Shown here piece by piece: positions 21,730 through 32,387 of a stretch of DNA of 47,735 nt. Both the position numbers and the translations under genes were made by a program. The notes beneath the pieces were generated by a model. That model saw nothing but the letters and a program-made list of their open reading frames with translations, was not told where the DNA came from and did not search any database. Position 1 is the stretch's first letter. Every line of letters starts with the position of its first letter. This DNA is from Elainellaceae cyanobacterium. GTDB taxonomy: Bacteria > Cyanobacteriota > Cyanobacteriia > CAZCXK01. Location: assembly GCA_051117555.1 (NCBI GenBank), contig JBNPEG010000154.1:1-47735 (forward strand), given 5' to 3'.

Positions 21730-21937
21730 TGTGGATATTAAGTCAGTTGCCCTGATTGACTGACAAACCTCACAATACTGGCAGCCTGTTAGCACGTGAG
21801 CGATCGCGGTGCTGCTGTAAACCTTACAGACGTCTGTTGAGCGATCGCCATGCCTCTATAGGGTAAATCAAACCAATGTGAGTCATCACAATTCAATGAT
21901 CATCGATAACCTTCATATGTCGAGCCCTGATCATTCG

Positions 21938-22195
21938 ATGTTTGTCGATAACAATGGCATGTTTCTCTATGACAATGGCATGTTTCTCTATGACAATGGC
22001 ATGTTTCTCTATGACAATGGCATGTTTCTCTATGACAATGGCATGTTTCTCTATGACAATGGCATGTTTGTCGATGACAATGGCATGTTTGTCGATGACA
22101 ATGCTTCTGTAATGATTGCAATCCTATGTTGACCGATAACAATGCTTCTGTAACGGCTGCAATCCTATGTTGACCGATGACGATGCTTCTGTAAT
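21938..22195. repeat. 21-bp tandem repeat (8 units, 21938-22105) followed by a 42-bp duplication
   Basis: Unit ATGTTT(C/G)TC(T/G)ATGACAATGGC, five copies identical; then ACAATGCTTCTGTAA...GCAATCCTATGTTGACCGAT about 2.4 times. Confidence 0.95.
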
Positions 22196-22208
22196 GCAAA
22201 TCCCTTTG

Positions 22209-22417
22209 CTACTCAGGGTTATCAAGTTTTTCCTGAAAGATAGCTTCGACTTCTGTTTCAGGATTAGCCAAGCTGAAAGGGGACGGTTGGCGATTTGCCG
22301 GATTACGGCGACTCATCAAAACCTCTAATGCGGCCTGAAAAGTTCTGGGTCATTTCTGTAGTTGGAAAGGTACTGCTTTAATTCAGCATTTGTCATTTGC
22401 GACAAATCCGATTTCAT
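22209..22417 (-). pseudogene. Frameshifted DUF6887-like small protein gene
   Basis: Reads MKSDLSQMTNAELKQYLSNYRNDPEL; adding one base in the run at 22338-22341 continues FQAALEVLMSRRNPANRQPSPFSLANPETEVEAIFQEKLDNPE*. Family assignment is from recall. Confidence 0.65.
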
Positions 22418-22476
22418 AGAACAATCTCCCAACTTCCATCTTCATCAATCACACGTGCGATCTCATCACGTCCGAC
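22414..22476 (-). pseudogene. 3' remnant of a DUF6888-like partner gene
   Basis: VGRDEIARVIDEDGSWEIVL* ends in an ATGA overlap with the DUF6887-like start; the 5' part is absent and the remnant abuts the kinase stop codon. Confidence 0.45.
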
Positions 22477-24582
22477 TCATCTAAGGTCTGGAGGTTCTAC
22501 GGTATCGGTTGTGACATTATCAACCGATACCGTCAATTCATAGGAAACAGGTTCTGACGACGTAGAAACCACGACGACTTCATAAAATCCGGTTTGGGGG
22601 AGCTGTCCAGACCAGGTTAGATCGCGCGAGTCTGCTAGCAGATAGGACACGTCTGACGTTGGACTTGGCACATAGATCGACAGCAGAGTTGTTTGAGATG
22701 GCGCCTGTAGATTTAGCCGCAGAATTTGTCCTTCAGATAATCCCATGATATAAACCTGCCCGCCTCCAGGCTGGAGAGTGCCATCGACGCGATCGCCAAA
22801 CTCCCCCTCTGGAAACCGAATTCGAGTCAAGGTTTCTCCCGATTGAAGGGCATCCACTTCATCGGCTGCAATGCCGTGCCAAATTTGCCCGATTGGTTGA
22901 TTGAGAAACTCGTTATCCACCTGGTCTGGAAATAGGTGAAAGAAGCGAGCATCGGTAAGGTCATACAGCGCGTCGCTGCTGACATTAAGCTGGTTAACGG
23001 CGTTGCGCCACCGCTCTCGATCGGCTTGCGTGTAGCTGCCTAAAGATTGGCGGGCATCTGCACTCAGCGTCTCCTCCAACGTATCTAACCAATCAGAGGC
23101 GATCGCATCCCATCGCGATCGCCACTCAGCATCCTCATCAGACTCGGTGAGGGCTCGTCCTTGCTGGTCAGGATACTCGTCGTAGAAACGGGCATCCGTT
23201 AGACTCACTAAAAACGCCTCGTCGATGCCTAACTGCTCGCGCTGTTGTCGCAATGCCTGTTTGCGTGCCTGCTCATCTGCGGAAAATGTTGGCGACGAGT
23301 CAATGCGCTCCTCAGTTGGCTGGGACGGATTAGGGTCGAGCAAGGTTGACAGCCATTGATAGCCAATCCACCAGCCCAGCCCTGCGACTCCAACAATGAG
23401 GGCGATCGCAGAAAAGAGTTGCCCGAAGGCAAATGACGGACGTTGCGGCGACATTGACGGGGCCATTGATGGGGCAACTGACGGGGTTGCAGTCGCCGCT
23501 CTCGTTGCCGTTGACGGAGCCGGGGCAGGATATTGCCCTACATAGTGGGTCGGTTCGGGTGAAGAGACGATAGACGGAGCGGCGCTCGGTTGCTCAGCGG
23601 GTTTAGGAATCGCGTTGAGCCGTTGCAACACGTCACGTGCCGATTGATAGCGATCGCCCGGCTTGGGTGAAAGCATTTTTTCAAGCACATACGTCAACGC
23701 AGGACTCACCCGAACGTGGTGTTGCCAATAATCCGTCGTTTCTTCATTCACCAGTAAATGGGGAGAATGCCCCGTCAGCAACACCAACGATGTGACTGCC
23801 AGTGAATACAGGTCACTATGGGGAAACACCTGCCCTGAGCGCAATTGTTCTTTAGGCGCGTATCCCTGTTTCCCTAATAATGTCAGGATCGTCTCGGGCG
23901 GAGCCGTTTGACGGTGCTGGGCAAATTCAGTTGCTGCGACATAAGCCGCTTGCTTCACCCCTCCAAAATCGATTAGTACTGGCGTCTGATCGGCATCCCG
24001 TAAGATTAAATTATCAGGAGAAATATCTCGATGAATGACGCCAGCACTGTGGATATACTGCAAGACGGGCAAGACCTTCTGGAGAAATTCAATGATTTCA
24101 GCTTCAGTGAAGCATTGCCCATGCCGCTGAAGAGCATCAATCAGCTCCTGATACGTTTGCCCTTCAATATAGTCTTGGACTAAAAACAGACGCTCTCGTC
24201 CTTCAAAATCCGCCCGCAGCAGTTCGCGGAATTTAGGAATTTGCGGATGATGAAGTCTATATAGAACGCCTGCTTCACGTTCAAACAATGATTCAGCTTT
24301 GCGAAGCGCTTCAGCTCCCTCCACTTGGGGCGCAAATTCTTTGAGGACACACGCCTCATCAAATCGATGAATATCTTCCCCTAAATAGGTTCGCCCAAAA
24401 CCACCATGGCCTAGTTGACAGCGAATACGATATCTCAGCCCCACTACCGTTGCAGAATCCGCTCCTATCATGACCCGTGGATCACATTTAGGCGCAATGG
24501 GAACAAGCTCCTCGCCACATAACCGACAAAATCGGCTATCTGGAGAATTTTCATGTCCCTGGCTACAACGGATGGATGACAT
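22477..24582 (-). CDS. Hanks-type Ser/Thr protein kinase with N-terminal zinc ribbon, one TM helix and an extracytoplasmic C-terminal domain
   Basis: CSQGH...FCRLCG, LGHGGFG, VLKE, HRDISPDN, IDFG, GYAPKEQ; TM segment near residues 390-410. Confidence 0.93.
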   Translation of the reverse strand: MSSIRCSQGHENSPDSRFCRLCGEELVPIAPKCDPRVMIGADSATVVGLRYRIRCQLGHGGFGRTYLGEDIHRFDEACVLKEFAPQVEGAEALRKAESLFEREAGVLYRLHHPQIPKFRELLRADFEGRERLFLVQDYIEGQTYQELIDALQRHGQCFTEAEIIEFLQKVLPVLQYIHSAGVIHRDISPDNLILRDADQTPVLIDFGGVKQAAYVAATEFAQHRQTAPPETILTLLGKQGYAPKEQLRSGQVFPHSDLYSLAVTSLVLLTGHSPHLLVNEETTDYWQHHVRVSPALTYVLEKMLSPKPGDRYQSARDVLQRLNAIPKPAEQPSAAPSIVSSPEPTHYVGQYPAPAPSTATRAATATPSVAPSMAPSMSPQRPSFAFGQLFSAIALIVGVAGLGWWIGYQWLSTLLDPNPSQPTEERIDSSPTFSADEQARKQALRQQREQLGIDEAFLVSLTDARFYDEYPDQQGRALTESDEDAEWRSRWDAIASDWLDTLEETLSADARQSLGSYTQADRERWRNAVNQLNVSSDALYDLTDARFFHLFPDQVDNEFLNQPIGQIWHGIAADEVDALQSGETLTRIRFPEGEFGDRVDGTLQPGGGQVYIMGLSEGQILRLNLQAPSQTTLLSIYVPSPTSDVSYLLADSRDLTWSGQLPQTGFYEVVVVSTSSEPVSYELTVSVDNVTTDTVEPPDLR

Positions 24583-24662
24583 AGACGCTAACAGACTTCA
24601 TGAATCAAGAATAATGGCAGGTTAGACAGAGGGTTCTGCAAACACCTCATTTTCTTATCCTC

Positions 24663-25361
24663 TCAAATATTTCCATAAACTGGCATCGTTGCCCCTCGAA
24701 TATCTTGAGCGGCATCGGATGCTAGAAAACAAATGACGTTGGCTAGTGATTCGGGTTTGACCCACTGGTCGGCATTGTCAGACCCCATGGCTTCGCGGTT
24801 TGCTGGGGTGTCAATCACACTGGGCAATACCGAATTAGCCGTAATATTTTTTTCTTTGGTTTCTTCGGCGATCGCCTTCGTGAGTGCGACAACTCCGGCT
24901 TTTGATGCACAGTAAGCAGCCAACTGGGCACCCGGTTGCTCTGCCCCCCGCGATCCCACTGTGACAATGCGCCCATAGCCCTGGTCAAGCATTCGTCGAA
25001 GGCTATATTTACAGGTTAAAAACGTGGTGTTCAGATTTAGATCAAAGTCTGCTTTCCAATCGGCATATCGGTATTCGTGAGCGAGCCCCATCGAGAAGCC
25101 ACCGACTAAATGAATCAGCACATCAACACGCTCCATCGTGTCAACGACTTTCTGAACGGTTTCTTCATGGGTTAAATCGGCTGAGACAAATTTAATCTTG
25201 GATAAGTCGGAGGGCGAGAGCTTTTCCTTTAGTGTTTCAACATCGTGATCACTGTAATATGGAACCGTAACAGACTCAGGCTCTCTAGCCAAGACCGAGG
25301 GAGTCACCCCCATCCCCAATCCTCCGGTGCCGCCTGTTAGTAAAACGTGCTTGCCTTTCAT
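24663..25361 (-). CDS. SDR family oxidoreductase (FabG-like)
   Basis: TGGTGGLG, YCASK and PSVIDT motifs. Confidence 0.9.
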   Translation of the reverse strand: MKGKHVLLTGGTGGLGMGVTPSVLAREPESVTVPYYSDHDVETLKEKLSPSDLSKIKFVSADLTHEETVQKVVDTMERVDVLIHLVGGFSMGLAHEYRYADWKADFDLNLNTTFLTCKYSLRRMLDQGYGRIVTVGSRGAEQPGAQLAAYCASKAGVVALTKAIAEETKEKNITANSVLPSVIDTPANREAMGSDNADQWVKPESLANVICFLASDAAQDIRGATMPVYGNI

Positions 25362-25504
25362 GGATTACTCCTTCCATATCGGTTCTGTTCGCTGGATAAT
25401 GCTGGTGCTATTCTTACTCAGTAAGGAAATGAATAAATCTATCAGACGAAGCAAGAATTAGCATCAATCATGCGTCGCAATTCGTTTATGAGGAGGAAAG
25501 GCTG

Positions 25505-25867
25505 ATGCAGATTCTTCGCCCCCTTCACACCGCAATCCTTGTGTCAGATTTGGAAAACGCTGAACGGTTTTACGGAATTGTGTTGGGGCTACCAAAGGTC
25601 GACCGCCGCCTTAAATATCCGGGCGCATGGTATCAGCTTGGAGACTATCAGATTCACCTCATTCTGGATCAAACCTCTCCCAACGGGCTGCACAATCCGG
25701 AGAAATGGGGTCGTAATCGCCATATCGCGTTCGCGATCGCTGATTTGGGTGAGACAAAAGAGCGTTTGATAGCGCATGGTTTTGAGATTCAACTAAGTTC
25801 GTCAGGGCGAGCCGCATTGTTTACTCAAGATCCAGACGGCAACGTGGTGGAATTGGCAGAGGTCTGA
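25505..25867 (+). CDS. VOC/glyoxalase family protein
   Basis: HTAILV...QIHL...HIAF...DPDGNVVE; GAGGAGG RBS. Confidence 0.9.
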   Translation: MQILRPLHTAILVSDLENAERFYGIVLGLPKVDRRLKYPGAWYQLGDYQIHLILDQTSPNGLHNPEKWGRNRHIAFAIADLGETKERLIAHGFEIQLSSSGRAALFTQDPDGNVVELAEV

Positions 25868-25999
25868 TGGCACATCTGCACGACTATGCAATCTCAATTG
25901 TGATGAATTTGACATTTTGCTAAGCCATCGGGAACTTTCTGCTGTGAGATGGGTCGTAGTTGTCTATAATCCCTCACGTTCTGGAAAGGGTGACTTGAC

Positions 26000-26662
26000 A
26001 TGGTAATCTCGACGCGATCGCACTCTAAAATCGCCCTACTAACCGCAGCAGGTCTTATATCCACAGCGGTATTGCCTGTTTTGAGGAGCGTTCCCGCTAC
26101 AGCGATGACGCCTCAGGTATATACCGTGGCGCAGCTTTTTCCTACGTCTAGAATCGGGATTCCAGATGGGACAGTGATTCCAGTTCGCTATGACGAAGCA
26201 GAAAAGATCATTGTGACACCGGATGAAACCGCTGAGATTTCTCTAACGGTTGCGTCTGACATTCGTTCCAGTGCAGGCACAGTGCTCATTCCGGCGGGGA
26301 GCGTCATTGAGGGTGAGCTTCAGCCTATGGATGATGGCACTCGATTTGTGTCTGACGAGATTGTGTTTCCTAACGAGCGACGCCTTCCAATTGATGCTAC
26401 CTCTACCCCCATTACGGATACCGAAGTCATCACTGAAGAGAGCGACCCAGATATCTTGCGAGGGGCTGCGATCGGGGCTGCTGCTGCCGCCATTTTATTT
26501 GAGGTGCTCGGCGACATCGACATTATCGAAGTGTTAGGCGGAGCGGGATTGGGAGCCTTAGGCGCGATATTGCTTGGAGGCGACAAGGAAGAGGTTGAGG
26601 TCCTTGTGATCGAACCTGAAACTGACCTAGATTTGACATTACAGTCTGATTTTGAACTCTGA
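26000..26662 (+). CDS. Exported cyanobacterial protein with glycine-zipper-like segment
   Basis: Signal peptide; IPAGSVIEGEL beta domain; GAAIGAAAAA...GGAGLGALG. Confidence 0.7.
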   Translation: MVISTRSHSKIALLTAAGLISTAVLPVLRSVPATAMTPQVYTVAQLFPTSRIGIPDGTVIPVRYDEAEKIIVTPDETAEISLTVASDIRSSAGTVLIPAGSVIEGELQPMDDGTRFVSDEIVFPNERRLPIDATSTPITDTEVITEESDPDILRGAAIGAAAAAILFEVLGDIDIIEVLGGAGLGALGAILLGGDKEEVEVLVIEPETDLDLTLQSDFEL

Positions 26663-26702
26663 TTTTGAACTCTAGCGGGTCGACGGGTGCCACCTTCAAA
26701 CC

Positions 26703-27359
26703 CTACTGCGACAGTATTGCAACGTCGGGTGTTAATAAAACCGCGTCGCGGCTATCAATGATGGCGGCAGTAAAGTTGCGATCGCTCAGGGTTTGCAAAA
26801 CCAATGCAGCACTGTCAGGATCATCGGTGTAGGCCGCTAGTAAGTATGGCTGCTGCCCGTAGACGATCAGCCCCACAGGCGTATCCAATAGCTGCTGAAC
26901 ATCAATCGCAATGTCAGGACGATTGAAATACTGCACAATGACCGCATAGCCAACTCCAAGAGGACGAGGAGCATAAGCAGGCATCGGCTCGGCTGACGAT
27001 GGGGCGATCGCAGAGGATTGAACAACCACAAAGGTCTGAAGGTTTTCTGTATCAGATAGATACTGAGCCCACGATGACGCAACGTCTCGGCTGGTGAACC
27101 CGCTAACTCGTAAAACAACCGTTTCTAAATAATCACAAATAGTGGTATTGGTTCCTCTGGGCAGAATTTGCTGAATTTGAGTGGGATCGGAATTGGGTTG
27201 ATTCCGAATAAGCAGCAAATATTCTCCCGCAGTGGGAGGCTGACACGGGGGATAGGATTGAGCAGTGGCGATCGCCTGAATGCTACCCCATATAGCAGTG
27301 CCTAGCACACAGCTAGCTAGCAGAAAATGTTTCAAAATCCAGATTTTTTGATGATTCAC
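26703..27359 (-). CDS. Exported hypothetical protein
   Basis: Signal peptide ending ATAQ; CQPP..GEYLLL. Confidence 0.7.
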   Translation of the reverse strand: MNHQKIWILKHFLLASCVLGTAIWGSIQAIATAQSYPPCQPPTAGEYLLLIRNQPNSDPTQIQQILPRGTNTTICDYLETVVLRVSGFTSRDVASSWAQYLSDTENLQTFVVVQSSAIAPSSAEPMPAYAPRPLGVGYAVIVQYFNRPDIAIDVQQLLDTPVGLIVYGQQPYLLAAYTDDPDSAALVLQTLSDRNFTAAIIDSRDAVLLTPDVAILSQ

Positions 27360-27384
27360 CTGACCTAATAAAGATTAAATCACC

Positions 27385-27714
27385 TTAAGACACGCTACTC
27401 AGAGAAGCAAGCGGATCCGGAATTGTCTCAGACGGAGCATCAAATTTTCCTGTGATGACAAACTCCAATCTAAGTTTTAGCCACATAATGAATTTTTCGT
27501 CGGTGGAGATGACAGCGGCTGCAGGTTGAGGACAATTGGCCCTAACCGCTGCTAATTCGGGTGACTCTAGAAACGCAGGCTGAGGAACAAGCCAGAAATC
27601 AAGCTGCTTGCCGCGTTCTGCATAGTTTCGAGTGCGTTCTTGAAGAACTTCCTCAAGAGGCTCTTCGTCTATTAGGAAGGCTTGACTCGCTAACACATAA
27701 TAGTAAGTCTGCAT
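27385..27714 (-). CDS. ycf54: Ycf54, MgPME cyclase accessory protein
   Basis: TYYYVLASQAFL..EEPLEEVLQER...DFWLV.QPAFL...WLKLRLEFV. Confidence 0.92.
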   Translation of the reverse strand: MQTYYYVLASQAFLIDEEPLEEVLQERTRNYAERGKQLDFWLVPQPAFLESPELAAVRANCPQPAAAVISTDEKFIMWLKLRLEFVITGKFDAPSETIPDPLASLSSVS

Positions 27715-27849
27715 AATCTCGGACGGTTTCGTACTACTCACTGATGATGTCAAGGCGCTTAGCTATAAGCCAATATTAAAATCAATTCACTGCCCCATAG
27801 CCATATCCCATATGGTAGCGCGAGCGATCGCCCGATTGTCGAGCTTTAG

Positions 27850-28302
27850 CTAACCTTTTGTTGCGTTTTCTGTTGGGACTGTATTTTCCATAGATAGAGT
27901 TGCTTCTAATGTGAGACAGTTACGCCCGTTCACTTGAAGACGATATTCGACCCGATCCATCAGACGATTGAGAATCAACCAGCCATATCCTCCTTCCTGC
28001 AGGTCTCCTGGTTCTGGGGGCAGGTAGGTCGACAAATCAAATCCTTTTCCGTAGTCCCAAATTTCTAAGCAAACGTCTCGGGCTTTTACTTCTAACCGGA
28101 TTAAGACGGGTAGGTTAGGCTGCTCTCGATGCGCATGACGAACTACATTGGAGTATGCTTCAACCAGCACCAACCGTAACCGATTCGCTTGACGTGACCA
28201 GTCTACAGAGTCTCCCAGCTCTGTCTCCAGACATCCCAGCAGCCAACCTTCGACAATATTGAGAAATTTTAAATCACTCGGTACATGCAGTTCCGTTCTC
28301 AT
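27850..28302 (-). CDS. RsbW/SpoIIAB-like anti-sigma factor kinase
   Basis: EAYSNVVRHA, WDYGKGFD and EGGYGWLIL motifs (HATPase_c_2). Confidence 0.88.
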   Translation of the reverse strand: MRTELHVPSDLKFLNIVEGWLLGCLETELGDSVDWSRQANRLRLVLVEAYSNVVRHAHREQPNLPVLIRLEVKARDVCLEIWDYGKGFDLSTYLPPEPGDLQEGGYGWLILNRLMDRVEYRLQVNGRNCLTLEATLSMENTVPTENATKG

Positions 28303-28305
28303 GAT

Positions 28306-30042
28306 TTACAGAACCTCCAGAGAAAGAATGGTTTGATCGTCGTCCTGAACGTCATTCTGGGATTGAATCTGATCAAGAATTTTTTTGAGGCTCAGTTCCC
28401 CCCGCTCTTGAGCAAGGAGTTGCCAAAGCCCCGTCTGCCGAAGCATAGAATTGCTGGATTTATCTAGATGTGTGCTGTGAGATGACGAAACCGTTGCTTC
28501 AGTAATTCCATCGCTGGTCAATAGTAAAACACTTCCACCGTCTAGTGAGACATGGCCAGATGGAGCCTGCCAGTTTGGTAAAATCCCGAGCGGCACTCCT
28601 CGATTCTTTAAATACGTCGGTAAATACGTCAGTTCGCAAGAATCTGGTTTAGGGTTGGCCGACGACTGTATGGCTAACTCTCTATAAGACCAAACCATCG
28701 GATAGATATGTCCTGCATTAGCATAAACCAGTTGATACGTTGAAGGAGTATAGCGAGCAATAACAGCCGTGATGAAGCAATTACTGCTCGCGAGATCGTC
28801 AAACATGCTGCTGTTTAAGCGTTGCATGACAACATTTGGATCAGGTGAAATTTCCTGGGATAGTTCTCGGCGTAAGATCGAAATTGCACTTGCCATAAAT
28901 AGGGCGGCTGGTACCCCTTTGCCAGATACATCTCCAACCGCGACCCAAATATCTCCTTGGGGATGAATGTATACTTCGAAAAAGTCCCCACCCACTTCAC
29001 GGGCCGGATAACAACAAGCCTGAATTTTAACATTCTCTAAGTCAGGCCAACTTTGCCGGAGCAGGTTGGTTTGAATTTGACGAGCGACCGCCAACTCTGC
29101 GCGCATCTGCTCTGTTTGGTCTTGAATTTGCTGATACAGTCTCGCTTGAGAAATCGCTAAGGCCGCCTGTGCAGCAACTTCCTCAATCAGGTTGACCTCT
29201 TCGGGAGTCCAAGATGGAATAATACTCTCTCGATAAAATGCCAACACAGCCAGTGCATCTTGCTGATAAGTCAAGGGGACAACTAGCTGCGTGTATGGGA
29301 CAGACTCTATGATCTGATCTGAGTCAAGTTGAATGTGCTGACATTTTAATGCGGACATCAGCGAATTGATCGATTGCGCTTCAACGTAGCTGAGGGATTG
29401 ATTGGTGAGTCGATGGGCAGACACATACGAGAAAACCTCGGATGAGAGATTATAGGCTTTGCCCCCCGAGTCATGGGTGGATACAACGGGATGTAAAATG
29501 CAAATTGCAGCATCAAAGGTTTCCCCAAGAGTTTGGACAATAGTCTGGAGCATGCTGCGGTAATCTAGTGATTCTCGAATGGCTGTTGTGACAGTATTAA
29601 ACAGGGATTCGCGGCGTAAGGCTCGACGTAGTTCATGAGTCCGATGCTTAATCACCCGATAGGTTTCAGATGCTTGCAAGACCATTGATTGAAGTGCGTC
29701 AGGATTCCAAGGTTTGGTAACGTACTTAAAGACTTTTCCTGTATTGATTGCTCCAACTAAGTCTTCGACATCCGTATAGCCTGTTAGCACAATCCGGATT
29801 GTATCTGGAAATGCCTCCACTGTCCGACTTAGAAACTCGGTTCCTTTCATCATGGGCATTCGCTGGTCGGAAATGATAATTGCCATTTCCCCATGCTGTT
29901 CCAAGATTTGAAGGGCTTCGGGCCCACTGGCTGCTCTAAAAACAACGAAATGCCGGCGGAAGGTTCGATACAACAGATCGAGATTGTCAGATTCATCATC
30001 GACGACTAGCAGTTTCAGTTTTTCGCCATCTGACTGAGTCAT
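28306..30042 (-). CDS. Receiver-GAF-SpoIIE (RsbU-like) PP2C phosphatase
   Basis: REC domain (VVDDE, ISDQRMP, KPW), GAF domain, then VGGDFF, GDVSGKG, NAGH, SDGITEA and DDQT. Confidence 0.92.
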   Translation of the reverse strand: MTQSDGEKLKLLVVDDESDNLDLLYRTFRRHFVVFRAASGPEALQILEQHGEMAIIISDQRMPMMKGTEFLSRTVEAFPDTIRIVLTGYTDVEDLVGAINTGKVFKYVTKPWNPDALQSMVLQASETYRVIKHRTHELRRALRRESLFNTVTTAIRESLDYRSMLQTIVQTLGETFDAAICILHPVVSTHDSGGKAYNLSSEVFSYVSAHRLTNQSLSYVEAQSINSLMSALKCQHIQLDSDQIIESVPYTQLVVPLTYQQDALAVLAFYRESIIPSWTPEEVNLIEEVAAQAALAISQARLYQQIQDQTEQMRAELAVARQIQTNLLRQSWPDLENVKIQACCYPAREVGGDFFEVYIHPQGDIWVAVGDVSGKGVPAALFMASAISILRRELSQEISPDPNVVMQRLNSSMFDDLASSNCFITAVIARYTPSTYQLVYANAGHIYPMVWSYRELAIQSSANPKPDSCELTYLPTYLKNRGVPLGILPNWQAPSGHVSLDGGSVLLLTSDGITEATVSSSHSTHLDKSSNSMLRQTGLWQLLAQERGELSLKKILDQIQSQNDVQDDDQTILSLEVL

Positions 30043-30493
30043 TCGACTCCAATACTCCAATCGTTTGTGGGATGCAATAGATTCTGGATGGAGGGCCGAT
30101 ATAGACTATGAGGTAAAATTTAACATGTCAAAATTCATAGCTATATATAGAAGCATATTTGAAGCATATTTATAGACACGTGTCAGCCACCAGGAAATTT
30201 CGTAGTGTTTATTCATACATACAATAAATTTTCAATAAAACCGGGATGAATTACCGTAACACCGCTAATTAATAACGTACGTCGTCTTATAGCGAGTTGG
30301 ATCACACGTGTAACAGTCGTCAATGAACCCTGTATGCTTGATTCGTCCATCTAGAAAATACCCCAAATTGAGCAAATGCTAACAAGTCATTGGTGAATTT
30401 GGACAATTAGGTTCGATAAAACTATCCGATTCTGATAAAGAGTCTTTTAAGTTAAAGAGATTGTAAGCGGCGCCTTCAACCTGTGGATTAAGC

Positions 30494-31330
30494 ATGGATT
30501 TGACACTGATGACATTTAATCTTCGCTACGATAAGCCTGATCCGGGCGATCGCGCGTGGAGTTCTCGCAAAAAGGCGGTTGCAGCAGTAATTCAGCATTA
30601 TTCCCCCGATATTATTGGGACTCAAGAGGGTAAAGCTCATCAACTGCTCGATTTACACCGATTACTACCGCATTACCAGAGCACAGGAGGCGATCGGTAT
30701 GGTAACGGCACGGGCGAACATTGCGCCATCCTATACAACCCTCAACGATTGACGTGCTTAGAGTCCACTGATATTTGGTTAAGCGATACGCCCGATGTTC
30801 CGGGAAGCATAAGCGCTGAATGGGGAAACCCCCTTCCTCGCATGGCGACTTGCGCTACGTTCACCGATACGCGATCGCGTGATGAAACCATCGTTGTATG
30901 CAACACTCATCTTGATTATGAGAGTGCCACTGCTCGCGAACGAGGAGCCCGACTAATATGCGATCGCCTTGTACAGCCCTCAGAGAATTCGGCTGTATTT
31001 GTTACAGGTGACTTTAATTGTCCGCCTGATTCCCCTCCTCGCCAATGGTTGGCTCAGTTTTCTTGGGGCAATATGCAGATGGCAGATGCGCTAGCTAGTC
31101 AGCCGTTAGACTCACAAATGACGTATCATGCCTTCACCGGCAGAGCTGATGCGGCAATCGATTCTATTTATTATGCGGGGCAACTCCATCTAACGCGTGC
31201 CGAAGTCAATTCGCACCAGTGGAATGATGTATATCCGTCAGACCACTTTCCGGTATACGCTGCCTTTCAGACGCCTTCTAATCCGACATCGCTAGCGGAG
31301 CAGAGCGAAGCCATGCCCTCGGGGCTTTAA
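30494..31330 (+). CDS. Endonuclease/exonuclease/phosphatase family protein
   Basis: MTFNLR, GTQE, NTHLD, GDFN, ID and SDHFP motifs. Confidence 0.92.
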   Translation: MDLTLMTFNLRYDKPDPGDRAWSSRKKAVAAVIQHYSPDIIGTQEGKAHQLLDLHRLLPHYQSTGGDRYGNGTGEHCAILYNPQRLTCLESTDIWLSDTPDVPGSISAEWGNPLPRMATCATFTDTRSRDETIVVCNTHLDYESATARERGARLICDRLVQPSENSAVFVTGDFNCPPDSPPRQWLAQFSWGNMQMADALASQPLDSQMTYHAFTGRADAAIDSIYYAGQLHLTRAEVNSHQWNDVYPSDHFPVYAAFQTPSNPTSLAEQSEAMPSGL

Positions 31331-31793
31331 ACCCAAAATCAAGAATTGGTATAAACCTATCAATAGGTGTAGACGCCAGACCTTTCAACCGGCGGAGGAA
31401 AATCTGCCTTAGCTTTATTAAGCTGGTAGAATAAAGGTAGCGGGGTCTGCTACACATCATGTAGTCGATTGCTGAGACGTAAAGCGTGGGCAATGCGCCA
31501 CCTTAATCAAGAGTAGTAGTCATGCTCCTGATTTATCCAAGTATGTTGGCTCATATGGATGATTAATTAGGTTCGCCCACTAAGGCGACCTGTTAGGGCG
31601 AAGACTCAAAGATGTCCTAGGCGCTATCTTAAAGCTTAGACGTCAGCTGATGAATTGTCCGAAGAACGCTCGGTAAGCGTATTCGAATGTAGTTGGTTTC
31701 TTCCTACTAGTGATGCATTGCAATTGAGGTTGAAGAAGCCCGGACGTTCCAAGGCGATCGCTACTCTATTTGGAACATAAGAGGGGTTTAATT

Positions 31794-32225
31794 ATGAAAT
31801 ATGCTTTGTTTGCAGCACTATCATTATGTGCAACTTTAGCATTTGCTGCACCCGTTAGAGCAGAAAATCCTGAAGATGTTCGTCAGTTATTGGAAACGCG
31901 GCAATGTTACGGCTGTGATCTATCAGGTGCTGACTTAAGTAATGCTCATTTGATTGGCGTAGATTTGAGAAACGCTGATTTAGAGGATGCTATTTTAGTC
32001 GGGACTAACTTTGAAGGGGCTGATCTCACTGGAGCTAATCTAGAAGGCGCCGATCTAACGTCTGCATTTCTGACCAACGCTAGCCTCAATGAAGCCAATC
32101 TAGATGACGCAAACTTTACAGAAGCGCAGATTTATCACGCCGATGTTAGTGGTGCCTCAATGGACAATATTGACCTCACAAATGCTCAGGTTTACGGGAC
32201 AGGGATTAGTATTGGTGGAGAATGA
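31794..32225 (+). CDS. Exported pentapeptide repeat protein
   Basis: Signal peptide, CxxC, then A(D/N)Lxx repeats. Confidence 0.92.
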   Translation: MKYALFAALSLCATLAFAAPVRAENPEDVRQLLETRQCYGCDLSGADLSNAHLIGVDLRNADLEDAILVGTNFEGADLTGANLEGADLTSAFLTNASLNEANLDDANFTEAQIYHADVSGASMDNIDLTNAQVYGTGISIGGE

Positions 32226-32387
32226 AGCCCCCCGTAATGGAAACGAAACCCATATGCGACGCTAACTGCGACGCTAACCATGACAGTCGAGCCGGCGATC
32301 GCGCTATCTAGGTAAAATAGATGGGCGCCAGTGTAAGTGCGTTATCCGTATTATTGACTTAACTCTCTCGGCTGACGTGTTGTCGTT

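Noticed and set aside
21938..22105. CRISPR array or metallothionein-like CHCHRET protein
   Set aside because: No spacers; the open frames are expected for a 21-bp repeat lacking stops, and there is no independent coding evidence.
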